Source: Macrostomum lignano
Lineage: Eukaryota
Length of the DNA: 64,000 bases
Assembly (NCBI GenBank): GCA_002269645.1
Contig: NIVC01002527.1
Coordinates: forward strand, 16,294 to 80,293
Direction: 5' to 3'
Positions 62,293 to 64,000 of the stretch are shown here, piece after piece; within the stretch, counting starts at the first letter, position 1; each line of letters begins with the position of its first letter. Position numbers and translations under genes: made by a program. The notes beneath the pieces were generated by a model that was not told the DNA's origin, ran no database searches, and saw only the letters and a list, made by a program, of their open reading frames with translations.

Positions 62293-63449
62293 GTCAGAGA
62301 ATATAAAATATGAATCGTTAACAAGGATTTTATTTTAATCAGCTGCAAAAACAGACCAGGACAGATTCCTGTGCGATAAGAATTGACAGTGAAACGCAGC
62401 TAATCAAGAACAGCTCGCGTCAGGGGTCAAGGGTTAGCTATGGCCTGCCGCTTCGAAGTTCGAGTCGAGTTGTGCAAACGAATAGAGACGGAGAAAGCAG
62501 AGCCTCAGTTCTGAGCACATCAAATCAAAACAGCTTTGAGGCAGGCCCTCGCAACTTAAATAATTACCTTGCCAAATCTCATAAGCCCTAAAACGGGTGC
62601 CGCCGCCGCTCCCCCACTCTCTCGAGTCTGTTGGCAAACAAAGACCTTTAACGCATCGCGCTGGGCCTCGCAATGACTGGGGGGCTTTTTGTTGGCATTG
62701 TTAACTTCAGTTTGTCATTTAAATCATAAGCGCGCAATTGCTTCTTTCAAGTGCCTCAAAGTCAGCCAGACGTTTGCATCAAAATCAATTCTCCCCAGTA
62801 AGGCTCCCATTTTAGAATCCCAGCTTGGACCTATGAGCTTCGAAATAATGAAGCGACTTTCACAGTTGGAAATAAAACCCGCAATCCCAGTTACTAGCCA
62901 AAGGGTAGAAATGAGCGGAATAGAAGTGGCCCTTCACACTTCTCTCCAAAAAAGTGGTTGAGCAACAGTTGCACTGATTCCGCCACATCTCTCCCATTAT
63001 TCCCAAACTGCCCCCGGGGGTTGAGCTGGGTGCTCAAGAATCAACTCAGAAGCCATTATATGCAGCAATCTGGGCCAGAGTTAAATGAGCGCTCAAGTCA
63101 AGCGCGTGGATTGCTGTTGATCTCACAGCGAGGGGGAGCTGCGTGTTGCCAAAAAAGTCCAGCATTCACTGCGACTGCATCCGGAGGAGCGGAGAGCAAA
63201 TAAATGGAGTTGAGAAGCGAAGAGCACTCTCAAAAGCCGGAGCGCACTCGAGAAGCCTAATTGCTTGAGAGATGAGAGAGGGGGGCCGGACCGTATGTTG
63301 GTGCTCCCAGACTGGCAATCGAGTTAAAAATTGGAATCTTTGTGCCAAAACAATCCAATTTGGCTGTTTAGTAGGGCTGCGTGCACTATGGGGCACTGAG
63401 TGGCGAAATTGAAAATATTGATTGAGATTTTGCATTCGTTTCTTAAAGA

Positions 63450-64000
63450 CTAGGGATAGGAGACTAGAGAATAGAGATATGGACTAGAGACTAGAGATAG
63501 GAGACTAGAGATGGAGATTAGATCTAGGAGACTAGAGATAGGATACTAGAGATAGGAGACTAGAGATAGGAGACTAGAGATAGGAGACTAGCGATAGGAG
63601 ACTAGAGATAGAGATACTAGAGATAGGAGACTAGAGATTAGGAGACTAGAGATAGGAGACTAGAGATAGGAGACTAGAGATAGGAGACTAGAGATAGGAG
63701 ACTAGAGATAGGAGACTAGCGATAGGAGACTAGAGATAGGAGACTAGAGATAGGAGACTAGAGATAGGAGACTAGAGATAGGAGACTAGAGATAGGAGAC
63801 TAGAGATAGGAGACTAGAGATAGGAGACTAGAGATTAGGAGACTAGAGATAGGAGATTAGAGATAGGAGACTAGAGATAGCGAGACTAGAGATAGGAGAT
63901 TAGATCTAGGAGACTAGAGATAGGAGACTAGAGATAGGAGACTAGCAGATAGGAGACTAGAGAATAGGAGACTAGAGATAGGAGATAGAGATAGGAGACT
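63450..64000. repeat. 14-bp minisatellite (ACTAGAGATAGGAG)n, truncated by the window edge
   Basis: Read directly. Confidence 0.95.

Overview
Eukaryotic, repeat-rich animal genomic DNA. Long GACA tracts and minisatellite-filled introns resemble the flatworm Macrostomum; this is inference only. Spliced genes reconstructed by hand: a 6-exon glutaminyl-tRNA synthetase (minus, 11722-16584); directly downstream, a 4-exon TENT/TUTase-fold nucleotidyltransferase-like gene that appears to lack two of three catalytic aspartates and has an H1-like AAKKP repeat tail (minus, 6158-10280); a 2-exon orphan (27726-28740); a tentative Ala-repeat gene (34148-35205); a 5-exon APCDD1-like gene (38165-50207); and a Q/H-rich terminal exon (60944-61770). 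There are about 25 tandem arrays including an 8.6-kb decamer satellite, hAT-type and other MITEs with TSDs (one nested), a mariner relic and two tRNA-SINE families. The most unusual signal is a sharply bounded ~7-kb transposon graveyard (about 16.9-23.9 kb) whose elements carry strongly directional C>T/G>A changes at CpG and also at CpA, a RIP-like pattern.
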